Below, piece after piece: positions 15,913 to 29,217 of a DNA stretch of 32,000 nt. Where the stretch lies: the NCBI RefSeq assembly GCF_014252315.1, contig NZ_CP059216.1, forward strand, positions 120,001 to 152,000. Reading direction: 5' to 3'. The stretch comes from Candidatus Saccharimonadota bacterium (GTDB lineage: Bacteria > Bacteroidota > Bacteroidia > Flavobacteriales > Blattabacteriaceae). Each line of letters begins with the position of its first letter. Position 1 is the first letter of the stretch. Made by a program: the position numbers and the translations under genes. The notes below the pieces were generated by a model that saw only the letters and a list, made by a program, of their open reading frames with translations, was not told the origin of the DNA and did no database searches.

Positions 15913-16995
15913 GTGGAAAATAATATTAAAAGTTTGATATTATTCGATGAAATAGCTTATAAAGAATTACAAAAATATTTGCTATATGAAGTTTTTTCTG
16001 TTAAAGAAATATTTATTTTGGTAGATGATTTAACAAAAAAATATTGTCTTCCTATACTTATAGATAAAATAAATTTTCTAAAAAAATCGAATATAATTCA
16101 AATTTCTCATGGAGAAAAAGAAAAAAATATATATACATGCATTAAAATATTTAAAGAAATAGAAAAATATAATAGTACCAGAAATAGTATAATAATTAAT
16201 TTAGGTGGAGGAGTAATAACAGATATAGGAGGATTTGTAGCATCTATATTTAAACGTGGTATTCGTTTTATAAATATTCCTACAACTTTATTAGGAATGG
16301 TAGATGCTGCAATAGGATATAAAACAGGTGTTAATTTAGATAATATAAAAAATGAATTAGGATTATTTTCTTATCCAAAAATATTAATTATAGACTCTAA
16401 TTATATACAAACTCTTAACAAAAAAGAAATTCTTTCTGGAATAGCAGAAATGTTTAAACATGGAATAATAGCAAACAAACATTTTTGGAATGAAATGAAA
16501 AAAAACTATTCAAATATAATAAGCAAAAATATCACTAAAAAAAAATTAATTCAATTAATTTCTAAATCTATAGAAATAAAACAAAAAATAGTAGATAAAG
16601 ATCCTAAAGAAAAAGGATTAAGAAAAATTCTTAATTTTGGTCATACTATTGGACATGCTTTGGAGAGTTTATTTTTAAATAAAAAAAATATAATAAATCA
16701 TGGTATAGCTGTAGCAAATGGAATAATTCGTGAATCATGGATTTCTTGTAAAGATTATGGATTATCTTATGATAATTATAAAGAAATTAAACAAATATTA
16801 TATTCTATATATCCAATAATAAAAAACGATTTTTCCAATTATGAAATAAAAAAATTATTTAATATTATGCAACATGATAAAAAAAATGAAAAAGAAAAAA
16901 TTCAATTTTCATTGATAAATCACATCGGAAATTGTTCATATAATTGTGTTATTAACAATGAAATAATAAAGAAAAGTTTTACTGAAATAATATAA
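15913..16995 (+). CDS. aroB: 3-dehydroquinate synthase
   Basis: 360 aa with a GTG start. Motifs present: the NAD-binding GGGVITDIGGFVAS, the metal-binding region NFGHTIGHALE, and EMFKHG. Confidence 0.9.
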   Translation: MENNIKSLILFDEIAYKELQKYLLYEVFSVKEIFILVDDLTKKYCLPILIDKINFLKKSNIIQISHGEKEKNIYTCIKIFKEIEKYNSTRNSIIINLGGGVITDIGGFVASIFKRGIRFINIPTTLLGMVDAAIGYKTGVNLDNIKNELGLFSYPKILIIDSNYIQTLNKKEILSGIAEMFKHGIIANKHFWNEMKKNYSNIISKNITKKKLIQLISKSIEIKQKIVDKDPKEKGLRKILNFGHTIGHALESLFLNKKNIINHGIAVANGIIRESWISCKDYGLSYDNYKEIKQILYSIYPIIKNDFSNYEIKKLFNIMQHDKKNEKEKIQFSLINHIGNCSYNCVINNEIIKKSFTEII

Positions 16996-17060
16996 ATTTA
17001 AATTTTTTATAGTTTTATTGATATTCTTGTTTATATTGAAAAAATTTCAAAATACAAAAA

Positions 17061-19523
17061 ATGAGTGAAGGAGAAAAATTGATATCAATCAACATAGAAG
17101 ATGAAATGAAATCGTCTTACATAGATTATTCTATGTCAGTTATTGTATCTAGAGCTCTTCCTGATGTAAGAGATGGATTAAAACCTGTTCATAGAAGAGT
17201 TCTTTATGGTATGTATCAATTAGGAATTCTATCTAATGGTCCTTATAAAAAATCTGCACGTATTGTAGGTGAAGTATTAGGAAAATATCATCCTCATGGA
17301 GATGTATCAGTATATGATACTATGGTACGTATGGCTCAAAAATGGACATTACGTTATCCACTAATAGATGGACAAGGAAATTTTGGTTCTTTAGATTCTG
17401 ATCCTCCAGCTGCTATGCGTTACACAGAAGTTAAAATGAATAAAATATCTGAAGAAATGTTAACAGATATTAAAAAAAATACAGTGGATATGCAATTTAA
17501 TTTTGATGATTCTTTAGAAGAACCTAAAGTATTGCCGACAAAAATACCAAATTTATTAATTAATGGAGCATCTGGTATAGCTGTAGGAATGGCGACAAAT
17601 ATTCCTCCTCATAATTTAAAAGAAACTGTAGATGCAATTTGTGCATACATAGATAGCGATAATAATCTTTCTATAGATCAAATAATTAAATATATAAAAG
17701 CACCTGATTTTCCTACTGGAGGAATCATTTATGGATATTCTGGAGTTAAAAATTCTTTCTATACAGGAAAAGGAAAAATTGTATTACGAGCTAAAGTACA
17801 TATAGAAGAAGTACATGGAAGAAAATCCATTATTGTTGATGAAATTCCATATCAAGTAAATAAATCTGATATGATATCCAAAACTGTAAATTTAATAAAA
17901 AATGGTAAAATAGATGGTATATATCAAATTCGTGATGAATCTGATCGTAATGGATTACGTATTGTTTATATTCTTAAACATAAGATAAATCCAAATATTT
18001 TATTAAACAAATTATTTAAACAAACATCTTTACAAACTTATTTTAATGTTAATACTATAGCGTTAGTAAACGGAAAACCTGCTAAGCTAAATATAAAAGA
18101 TATTATTCAAAATTTTTTGAATCATAGACACGATATAATTATTCGTAGAACTAAATATGAATTAAAAAAATGCGAAAATCGTATTCATATTTTAGAAGGG
18201 TTCTTAAAAATATTAGGACATATAAATATTTTAATTAAAACTATTAAAAACTCTATAAATAGAAATGATGCTCATAAAAAATTAATTGATAAATTTGAAT
18301 TATCTAAAAATCAGTCATTATCTATTTTAGATCTTAGATTACAAAATCTTACTTCATTAGAACAAAAAAAAGTTAAACAAGAGTATGAAAAAATAAAAAA
18401 AGAAATTATTTATTTAAAAAAAATTTTAAATAAATATTATATAAGAACTGAAATTATTAAGAAAGAACTTTTAGATATAAAGAAAAAATATAAAGATGAT
18501 AGACGTACTTATATAGATTATTCAGGTGATGAAAAAAATATACAAATAGAAGACTTAATTGAAAATGAACAAGTTGTACTAACTATTTCTCATGCTGGAT
18601 ATATTAAAAGGACTTCTTTATCGGAATATAAACGTCAAGGTAGAGGAGGTATAGGAAACAGAGGTGCTGTAGCTAGAACATATGATTTTTTTAAACATTT
18701 ATTAATAGCAACTAATCATCAATATTTGCTTCTTTTTACAGAAAAAGGAAAATGTTTTTGGTTAAGAGTATATGAAATTCCAGAAGGATCAAAAACATCT
18801 AAAGGAAGAGCCATACAAAATATTATTAATCTTCATAAAAATGACCGAGTTAATGCTTATGTTTTAACAGAAAATCTTACAGATAAAAATTATGTAAATA
18901 ATTATTATGTAATAATGATAACTAAAAAAGGAATTATAAAAAAAACATCCTTAGAATGTTATTCTAGACCTAGAAAATATGGAATTAATGCTATTGTTAT
19001 TAGAAAAGGAGATTCATTATTAGAAGCTGTTCTAACTAAAGGTAATAGTCATATTTTTATTGCATCAAAAAAAGGTAGGGTTATTCGTTTTTTAGAAAAA
19101 AATGTTAGATCAACTGGTAGAAATTCTTCAGGAGTAATAGGTATTAGTTTTACTAATAAAAAAGATGTTGTTATTGGTATGATATGTGTGGAAGATAATA
19201 TAAAAGAAAAAGGAAATTTATTAGTTGTTTCTGAAAATGGATTTGGAAAAAGATCTAGATTAAAAGATTATAGATTAACTAATAGAGGAGGTAAAGGTAT
19301 TAAAACTATAAATATTACAGATAAAACAGGTAATTTATTTTCTGTAAAATATGTTAATAAACAAGAAGATTTAATGATTATTAAAAAATCAGGAATAATG
19401 ATACGAATTTCAATATCAGATATAAGAATAATGGGAAGATCAACACAAGGAGTCCGTTTAATTAATTTAAAAAGTGATGATTACATAGCTGATGTTGCAA
19501 AAGTACATGAATATCGAATATAA
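17061..19523 (+). CDS. gyrA: DNA gyrase subunit A
   Basis: 820 aa. The N-terminus is [39 protein letters not shown]. The active-site Tyr is in AAMRYTE. C-terminal beta-pinwheel repeats are present, including the GyrA-box-like [10 protein letters not shown]. Confidence 0.97.
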   Translation: MSEGEKLISINIEDEMKSSYIDYSMSVIVSRALPDVRDGLKPVHRRVLYGMYQLGILSNGPYKKSARIVGEVLGKYHPHGDVSVYDTMVRMAQKWTLRYPLIDGQGNFGSLDSDPPAAMRYTEVKMNKISEEMLTDIKKNTVDMQFNFDDSLEEPKVLPTKIPNLLINGASGIAVGMATNIPPHNLKETVDAICAYIDSDNNLSIDQIIKYIKAPDFPTGGIIYGYSGVKNSFYTGKGKIVLRAKVHIEEVHGRKSIIVDEIPYQVNKSDMISKTVNLIKNGKIDGIYQIRDESDRNGLRIVYILKHKINPNILLNKLFKQTSLQTYFNVNTIALVNGKPAKLNIKDIIQNFLNHRHDIIIRRTKYELKKCENRIHILEGFLKILGHINILIKTIKNSINRNDAHKKLIDKFELSKNQSLSILDLRLQNLTSLEQKKVKQEYEKIKKEIIYLKKILNKYYIRTEIIKKELLDIKKKYKDDRRTYIDYSGDEKNIQIEDLIENEQVVLTISHAGYIKRTSLSEYKRQGRGGIGNRGAVARTYDFFKHLLIATNHQYLLLFTEKGKCFWLRVYEIPEGSKTSKGRAIQNIINLHKNDRVNAYVLTENLTDKNYVNNYYVIMITKKGIIKKTSLECYSRPRKYGINAIVIRKGDSLLEAVLTKGNSHIFIASKKGRVIRFLEKNVRSTGRNSSGVIGISFTNKKDVVIGMICVEDNIKEKGNLLVVSENGFGKRSRLKDYRLTNRGGKGIKTINITDKTGNLFSVKYVNKQEDLMIIKKSGIMIRISISDIRIMGRSTQGVRLINLKSDDYIADVAKVHEYRI

Positions 19524-19610
19524 TAAAAAAAAATTCAATATTTTATCTATATAAATTTATTTTTTTTATTCATTATTAAAAATTTGATTTTATTTCTAAT
19601 AAAAAATTAC

Positions 19611-20417
19611 ATGAAAAAAAAACCAATTATTTTAGTAACTAATGATGATGGAATTATAGCTCCTGGAATTAGGAATCTTATTAAAATAATGAATACATTG
19701 GGAGATGTATATGTTATAGCTCCTAGTGATCCTAAATCTGGAATTTCTCATGCAATAACTATGGATACAATTTTATATTGTGATTCAGTTAAAATAGATG
19801 ATGGAGCTCAAAAAGAATGGAAATGCTCAGGAACTCCTGTAGATTGTGTAAAATTGGCTATAGGAAATATTTTACCAAGAAAACCAGATATTTGTGTATC
19901 TGGAATTAATCATGGATCAAATTCTTCTATAAATATTATTTATTCTGGAACAGTTTCTGCTATAATTGAATCTAGTATAGAAGGTATTCCATCTATAAGT
20001 TTTTCTTTATTAGATTTTAATTGGAACGCTAATTTTGAATATTCAAAAAAATATATATATCAAATAGTAAAAAAAGTTTTAAATAATTTTATTTTAGAAA
20101 AAAAAGTTATTAGTCTTAATGTTAATATTCCTAAATTAAAAGTAAAGGGTATTAAAATATGTAAACAATCAAAATCTAAATGGAAAGAAAGTTTTGAAAA
20201 ACGTTTTAATCCTAAAGGTAAATCTTACTATTGGTTAGTAGGTAAATTTATTAATAATGATGAAAAAATTAATACAGATGAATGGGCATTAAAAAATGGA
20301 TATATTTCTATTGTTCCATTACAATTTGATTTTACAAACTATTCTATATTGAATATGTTAAAATCATGGAATTTTACAATTTTTTTATTCATTATATATT
20401 GTGTCATTTTTAGATAA
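19611..20417 (+). CDS. surE: 5'/3'-nucleotidase SurE
   Basis: MKKKPIILVTNDDGIIAPGI… and SGINHGSN…YSGTVSA are SurE signatures. The track ORF starts at TTG 19584, but the ATG at 19611 aligns with the usual SurE N-terminus. The 3' end overlaps ruvB by 17 nt. Confidence 0.88.
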   Translation: MKKKPIILVTNDDGIIAPGIRNLIKIMNTLGDVYVIAPSDPKSGISHAITMDTILYCDSVKIDDGAQKEWKCSGTPVDCVKLAIGNILPRKPDICVSGINHGSNSSINIIYSGTVSAIIESSIEGIPSISFSLLDFNWNANFEYSKKYIYQIVKKVLNNFILEKKVISLNVNIPKLKVKGIKICKQSKSKWKESFEKRFNPKGKSYYWLVGKFINNDEKINTDEWALKNGYISIVPLQFDFTNYSILNMLKSWNFTIFLFIIYCVIFR

Positions 20418-21363
20418 ATTTTTAAATCCAAAAAATATTATAGATTTTTTTGGTCAAAAAGATATTTTAGATCCTTTAAAAATTTTTATTCAAGCTGCAA
20501 AAGAAAGAAACGAAGCTTTAGACCATGTTTTATTTCATGGACCTCCTGGATTAGGAAAAACTACTTTAGCTCAAATAATTGCTAATGAATTATGTGTAAA
20601 TATTACTATTACATCAGGATCTATTTTAGATAAACCTGGAGATTTAGCTGGATTATTAATTCACCTAAAAAAAAATGATGTAATGTTTATTGATGAAATT
20701 CATAGATTATCTCCTGCAATAGAAGAATATTTATATTCTGCAATGGAAAGTTATAAAATAGATATTATTCTTGATTCAGGATCTAATGCTAAATCAGTCC
20801 AGATAAAATTATCTCCTTTTACCTTAATAGGAGCAACTACAAGATCAGGATTAATTACTTCTCCAATGAGATCTAGATTTGGTATTAATTTTAGACTTAA
20901 TTATTATAATAACAATATATTAAAAGACATTATAAATAGAAGCGCAAAAATATTAAAAATTTCTATTACAGAAGAGGCTGCAGTTGAAATAGCTTGTAGA
21001 AGTAGAGGAACACCTAGAATTGCTAATTCATTATTACGTAGAATTAGAGATTTTGCTCAAATTATGGGTAATGGACTAATTGATATTAATATATGTAATA
21101 TTGGATTAAAATTGTTAAATATTGATAAAAATGGATTAGATGAAATAGACAATAAAATTTTATCATTAATTATCAATCATTTTAATGGTGGTCCAGTAGG
21201 ATTAAATACTATATCAGCAGCTATAGGAGAGCCAACAAATACTATAGAAGAAGTTCATGAACCATTTCTTATACAAGAAGGATATATAATTAGAACATCT
21301 AGAGGTAGAAAAGTTACTAACTTAGCTTATCAACATTTAAAAAACAATATTATAAAAAAATAA
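20401..21363 (+). CDS. ruvB: Holliday junction branch-migration helicase RuvB
   Basis: 320 aa with a GTG start. Walker A is HGPPGLGKTTLA and Walker B is FIDEIHRL. Also present are sensor GATTR and RGTPRIANSLLRR. The N-terminus is about 20 aa shorter than typical. Confidence 0.93.
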   Translation: MSFLDKFLNPKNIIDFFGQKDILDPLKIFIQAAKERNEALDHVLFHGPPGLGKTTLAQIIANELCVNITITSGSILDKPGDLAGLLIHLKKNDVMFIDEIHRLSPAIEEYLYSAMESYKIDIILDSGSNAKSVQIKLSPFTLIGATTRSGLITSPMRSRFGINFRLNYYNNNILKDIINRSAKILKISITEEAAVEIACRSRGTPRIANSLLRRIRDFAQIMGNGLIDINICNIGLKLLNIDKNGLDEIDNKILSLIINHFNGGPVGLNTISAAIGEPTNTIEEVHEPFLIQEGYIIRTSRGRKVTNLAYQHLKNNIIKK

Positions 21364-21374
21364 TAAATAATTAA

Positions 21375-24178
<2,804 letters not shown>

Positions 24179-24198
24179 AATTAAATTGTAAAAATAAA

Positions 24199-27100
24199 AT
24201 GATTTTATTATCAAAAAAAAGATATTTTAAAGTATATATAAAAAAAAGATCATTATTTGATACAGATTCATCAATATTATGTAATGCATTAAAAAATATA
24301 AATATTCCTATAAAAAAAATCATTATATATTACATATATGATATTTTTTATTTTGAAAAAAAATTAATTATTGAATTTTTAAAAAAAATTCTTGTAGATC
24401 CTGTTACAGAAATTGTTTATATAAATAAAAATATTAATAATCCTTATATAGAGTATATTTTAAATAATAGTGAATATAGATCATATGCAGCAATGCAATG
24501 CTTTCGTATATTAAATTCTAATATAAATAATAATGATATTTGCATAAAATCAAAAATATTAATAGAATTAATTGGTGGAAATGGATTTGTTAAAAAAAAA
24601 TGTATTAAAAAAATAAAAGAATATATTAAAAAAAATTATTCATATAATGAAATAAAAAAAATTCAAATAAATAAAAATAATCATACAACAAATAAAATTG
24701 TTAAACTAAATGACAAATCAATAAGAAAAATACATAAAAAATTAAATTTATCAATAGATATAAATGATTTATTTTTTATTAAAAATTATTTTTGTAAAGA
24801 AAAACGTGATCCAAAAGAATCAGAATTAAAAATTATAGATACTTATTGGTCTGATCATTGTAGACATACAACATTTTTTACAGAAATAGAAAAAATATCT
24901 TTCAATGGATCATTAAAAAAAATATATCAAAATATATTTAAAAAATATATAAAAGATAAAAAAATAATAGGTAAATCTAAATATCCTATTAATTTAATGG
25001 AGATATCTAAGCTTCCATATGAAATTCATTTTTTTAAAAAAAGAAAAAATTATAATTTTTATCATAGTGAAAATAATGCTTGTATGATTTCAATAGATGT
25101 AGATATTATTTTGTCTAATAAAAAGAAAAAAGAAAAATGGTTTTTATTTTTTAAAAATGAAACTCATAATTTTCCAACAGAAATTGATCCTTTTAATGGA
25201 GCATCTACATGTATAGGAGGTGCTATTCGTGATCCATTATCTGGAAGATCTTTTGTTTTTCAAGGTATTAGATTAAGTGGCGCAGCAGATCCTAATATAA
25301 AAAAGAAAATAAAAGGAAAATTATCGCAAAAAAAAATATGTTTTGAATCTGCTTGTGGATATAGTTCTTATGGTAATCAAGTAGGAATAGCTACAACACA
25401 TGTTAATGAAATTTATCATGAAGGATATAGAGCTAAGAGAATGGAAATAGGAATGGTTGTAGGAGCTGTTCCATGTCATTACGTTAGAAGAGAAAAACCT
25501 AATAAAGGAGACGTTGTATTATTGATTGGAGGAAAAACTGGAAAAGAAGGAGTAGGAGATGCTAGTAATTCATCTAAAATAATGAACAACAATGAAACAA
25601 TTAATGATAGAAATAAACAAAAAGGAGATCCAATAACAGAAAGAAAAATTCAGAGACTTTTTAGAAAAAAAAAAATTACTTCTTTGATAAAAAAATGTAA
25701 TGATGTTGGAGCTGGAGGTATAGCTGTAGCATTAGGAGAAATACATAATAGTATAGAAGTTTATTTAGAAAAAGTTCCATTAAAAAATAATGAAATAATT
25801 AGTCCAATAGAAATAGCACTTTCTGAGTCCCAAGAACGTATGATTGTTGTTATAAATTATAACGATTTAAATAAATTTATAAGACTTTCTAAAAAAGAAA
25901 ATTTAAATTCTATTCCTATAGCTAAAATTACTGATAATAACAGAATAATTTTTTTTTATAAAAATAAAGAAATTTTTAACGTAAAAAGTTCTTTTTTGAA
26001 TACAAAAGGATGTGTAAAAAAGAATGAAGTAATCGTAAATTCTCCAAAATTAATATCTCCATTTAAAATATCTAAAAAACAAAATTTTAATAAAAAAAAC
26101 TTTTTAAATATTCTTTCTAAACCAAATATAGCATCACAAATAGGATTAACAGAAATGTTTGATAGTACTGTTGGAGGAACTACAGTATTAATGCCTTTTG
26201 GTGGAAAGTATCAAATGACTCCTAATGAAGGAAGTGTACAAAAAATACCTGTTATTCAAGGTAGTACTAGTACAGTAACTATAGCTTCTTGGGGATTTCA
26301 TCCTTATATATCAACATGGAGTCCTTTTCATGGTGGAGCATATGCTGTTTTAGAATGCATTTCTAAGATTGTATCTATGGGAGGAAGTTACAAAAATATA
26401 TATTTAAGTTTTCAAGAATATTATCAAAAATTAGGAAATGATCCAGAAAAATGGGGAAAACCTTTTTCTGCGTTATTGGGAGCATATCATGCTCAAAAAT
26501 CTATGGGATCACTTTGTATAGGAGGTAAAGATTCTATGTCTGGAACATATAAAAATATTCATGTCCCTCCTACTCTAATAGTATTTGGAATTACAACTGA
26601 TTCATTTTCAAATATAATTTCTTCAGAATTTAAAAAAGTAGGAAACAAAATATATTTATATAATCATTCTTTATTAGAAAATGAAATGCCTAATTTTAAT
26701 TCTATTAAATATGCTTATGATAAAGTATATAAAGAAATTTGTTTAAAAAAAATAGTATCTGTAAAAACTATAAAAGATGGAGGAATATCTGTTGCTATTG
26801 CAAAAATGTCTTTTGGTAATAATTTAGGAGTAAATATTCATTGTGATAAAAATTTACTGGAAACTCATATCGGTTCTTTAATTATAGAATCTTCTTATAA
26901 ATTGTCAGATGATTTTATTCTAATAGGAGAAGTTGTCGATTCTAAATATTTGAATTTTAATAAAATATCAATTAGCATAGAAGAATCAATTAAAAATTGG
27001 TCTAAAACTTTAACTCCAATATTTTCCTTGGAAAAAAAACAAATTAGTAAAATATTTAAAACAAAAAATAAAATTTTATGCAAAAAACGTAATATTTTTT

Positions 27101-27915
27101 TTAATAAATTAAAATTAGGATCACCAAATGTTTTTATTCCAATATTTCCTGGAACTAATGGAGAATTTGAATCGATAAAAGCTTTTGAAAAATCTGGAGC
27201 ATTAGTAAAAACTTTTGTTTTTAAAAATTTAAATAATAAAGATATTATAAATTCTATTTTTTACATAAAAAAATATATAGAATCAGTTCAAATATTTATG
27301 ATTTGTGGAGGATTTAGTTTTGGTGATGAACCTAATGGAGCAGCTAAATTTATTGTGTCTATATTACATAATCCATATATAAAAGAATCAATTAAACGAT
27401 TTCTTGATAAAGATGGATTAATATTAGGTATATGCAATGGATTTCAGGGGTTAATAAAATCTGGACTTTTACCTTATGGAAAAATAAGTTTAAGAAATAA
27501 ATTTTCACCTTCATTAATTTATAATAAAACAAAAAAGCATATATCTCAATGTGTTTATATAAAAGTTTTATCTGATAAATCTCCATGGTTAAGTGGAATG
27601 AAAAATAAAATATATACATTGCCAATATCTCATGGAGAAGGACGATTTTATGCAAAAAAAAATATTATAAATATTTTATTTGAAAATAATCAAATAGCTG
27701 CACAATATGTAGATTTAAATGGAAATCCTAGTTTAAATAGAAAATATAATCCTAATGGATCTATAAATTCTGTTGAAGGATTATTAAGTGAAAATGGAAA
27801 AATTTATGGAAGAATGACTCATCCAGAAAGATGTTTTGATCATGGATTATTAAAAAATATACCAAAAAATCAATGTGAATCTATTTTTGATAATGCAGTA
27901 AAATATTTTTTATAA
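24199..27915 (+). CDS. purL: Phosphoribosylformylglycinamidine (FGAM) synthase, large single-chain type
   Basis: 1238 aa. The synthetase core has ETHNFPTEIDPFNGA.T..GG.IRD. The C-terminal glutaminase domain has the catalytic GICNGFQ plus HGEGRF and MTHPER. Confidence 0.95.
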   Translation: MILLSKKRYFKVYIKKRSLFDTDSSILCNALKNINIPIKKIIIYYIYDIFYFEKKLIIEFLKKILVDPVTEIVYINKNINNPYIEYILNNSEYRSYAAMQCFRILNSNINNNDICIKSKILIELIGGNGFVKKKCIKKIKEYIKKNYSYNEIKKIQINKNNHTTNKIVKLNDKSIRKIHKKLNLSIDINDLFFIKNYFCKEKRDPKESELKIIDTYWSDHCRHTTFFTEIEKISFNGSLKKIYQNIFKKYIKDKKIIGKSKYPINLMEISKLPYEIHFFKKRKNYNFYHSENNACMISIDVDIILSNKKKKEKWFLFFKNETHNFPTEIDPFNGASTCIGGAIRDPLSGRSFVFQGIRLSGAADPNIKKKIKGKLSQKKICFESACGYSSYGNQVGIATTHVNEIYHEGYRAKRMEIGMVVGAVPCHYVRREKPNKGDVVLLIGGKTGKEGVGDASNSSKIMNNNETINDRNKQKGDPITERKIQRLFRKKKITSLIKKCNDVGAGGIAVALGEIHNSIEVYLEKVPLKNNEIISPIEIALSESQERMIVVINYNDLNKFIRLSKKENLNSIPIAKITDNNRIIFFYKNKEIFNVKSSFLNTKGCVKKNEVIVNSPKLISPFKISKKQNFNKKNFLNILSKPNIASQIGLTEMFDSTVGGTTVLMPFGGKYQMTPNEGSVQKIPVIQGSTSTVTIASWGFHPYISTWSPFHGGAYAVLECISKIVSMGGSYKNIYLSFQEYYQKLGNDPEKWGKPFSALLGAYHAQKSMGSLCIGGKDSMSGTYKNIHVPPTLIVFGITTDSFSNIISSEFKKVGNKIYLYNHSLLENEMPNFNSIKYAYDKVYKEICLKKIVSVKTIKDGGISVAIAKMSFGNNLGVNIHCDKNLLETHIGSLIIESSYKLSDDFILIGEVVDSKYLNFNKISISIEESIKNWSKTLTPIFSLEKKQISKIFKTKNKILCKKRNIFFNKLKLGSPNVFIPIFPGTNGEFESIKAFEKSGALVKTFVFKNLNNKDIINSIFYIKKYIESVQIFMICGGFSFGDEPNGAAKFIVSILHNPYIKESIKRFLDKDGLILGICNGFQGLIKSGLLPYGKISLRNKFSPSLIYNKTKKHISQCVYIKVLSDKSPWLSGMKNKIYTLPISHGEGRFYAKKNIINILFENNQIAAQYVDLNGNPSLNRKYNPNGSINSVEGLLSENGKIYGRMTHPERCFDHGLLKNIPKNQCESIFDNAVKYFL

Positions 27916-27928
27916 AAATTTATTTATA

Positions 27929-28420
27929 ATGAAAGTAGCAATATTTCTTGGAAGTATTTCTGATAAATCTATAATGAAAAATGCGATAGAAGTACTAAAT
28001 ATATTTCGTATAACTTATAAATGTTATATAATTTCTGCTCATAGATTACCTGATATATTATCAGATACAATAATAAAAATAGAAAATGAAAAAACAGAAG
28101 TAATTATAGCAGGAGCTGGATTATCAGCTCATTTACCTGGAATAATATCATCTAAAACTATAATTCCAGTAATAGGCGTTCCAATATTTAATCCTTCTTC
28201 TATAAACAATTTTTTAGGAGGAATTGATGCTTTATCATCTATTACACAAATGCCTAATGGAGTTCCTATTGCTGCAGTTGGTATAAATAATTCATATAAT
28301 GCTGCTTTATTATCTGTACATATGTTATCTATTAAATATATAGATTTGAAAAAATCATTAAAAAAATTTAGATACTATAATAGAAAAAAACTGAAAAATA
28401 AAATAGAACAAAATTTATAA
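27929..28420 (+). CDS. purE: N5-carboxyaminoimidazole ribonucleotide mutase (class I-like PurE)
   Basis: 163 aa. Motifs present: LGSISD, ISAHRLPD, AGAGLSAHLPG, PVIGVP. The A-H-L-P-G loop resembles class I PurE. Confidence 0.9.
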   Translation: MKVAIFLGSISDKSIMKNAIEVLNIFRITYKCYIISAHRLPDILSDTIIKIENEKTEVIIAGAGLSAHLPGIISSKTIIPVIGVPIFNPSSINNFLGGIDALSSITQMPNGVPIAAVGINNSYNAALLSVHMLSIKYIDLKKSLKKFRYYNRKKLKNKIEQNL

Positions 28421-28425
28421 TATTT

Positions 28426-29157
28426 ATGAATAGTTCTAATATAAAAAAAATTGATATACTTTCAGAAGGAAAAACTAAAAAAGTATATACAACTAATGAT
28501 CCATTAAAAGTTATAATTCATTACAAAGATGATTTAACCGCTTTCAATGGATTAAAAAAAATATTTTTACCAAATAAAGGTATCATTAATAATGATATTA
28601 CTACATTAGTGTTTAAATTTCTTAATTATTATGGAATTAAAACTCATTTTATACAAAAAATAAATAATAGAGAACAATTATGTCAAAAAGTTAAAATAAT
28701 TCCTTTAGAATTTGTATATCGTAATATTGTTACTGGAAGTTTATCTAAAAGATTAGGTATAAAACATGGTAAAAAAATAAATGAAGGTATAATTGAAATA
28801 TTTTATAAAAACGATAAATTAAAAGATCCATTAATTAATGATAATCATGCAGTTTTTTTAGAAATAATTACTTATAATGAACTAAATTTTATCTATTCTA
28901 TTATAAAAAATATAAATAATATACTTAAAACATATTTTTTAAATAGAAATATTATATTAGTAGACTTTAAAATTGAATTTGGAAAGAATAACAAAAATGA
29001 AATTATACTTTCTGATGAAATTACTCCAGATACGTGTCGTTTTTGGGATGAAAAAACAATGGAAAAATTAGACAAAGATTTATTTAGAATGAAATTGAAA
29101 AAAAAAGAAAAAATAATTGAACATTACATGGAAATATTAAAAAGACTAAATAAATAA
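28426..29157 (+). CDS. purC: Phosphoribosylaminoimidazole-succinocarboxamide (SAICAR) synthase
   Basis: 243 aa. Motifs present: LSEGKTKKVY, LEFVYRN..TGS, LVDFKIEFG, ILSDEITPDTCRFWD. Confidence 0.93.
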   Translation: MNSSNIKKIDILSEGKTKKVYTTNDPLKVIIHYKDDLTAFNGLKKIFLPNKGIINNDITTLVFKFLNYYGIKTHFIQKINNREQLCQKVKIIPLEFVYRNIVTGSLSKRLGIKHGKKINEGIIEIFYKNDKLKDPLINDNHAVFLEIITYNELNFIYSIIKNINNILKTYFLNRNIILVDFKIEFGKNNKNEIILSDEITPDTCRFWDEKTMEKLDKDLFRMKLKKKEKIIEHYMEILKRLNK

Positions 29158-29217
29158 AATTGGTTTTTTGAAGAAAAATAATATTTTTGATTAAATAATC
29201 ATTATAAAAATACTTTT

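Noticed and set aside
16996-17010. The palindrome AAATTTAAATTT after the aroB stop, and other A/T palindromes after ruvB and purC, considered as terminators
   Set aside because: They are perfectly A/T, very short and without a following T-tract distinct from background. They are expected by chance at this base composition. Only the 10-bp hairpin between thrC and thyA was kept, at low confidence.
19584-19610. The TTG-initiated 9-residue extension of surE (MILFLIKNY)
   Set aside because: The ATG at 19611 gives MKKKPIILVTNDDG, the standard SurE N-terminus. The extension is an AT-rich read-through of the intergenic region.
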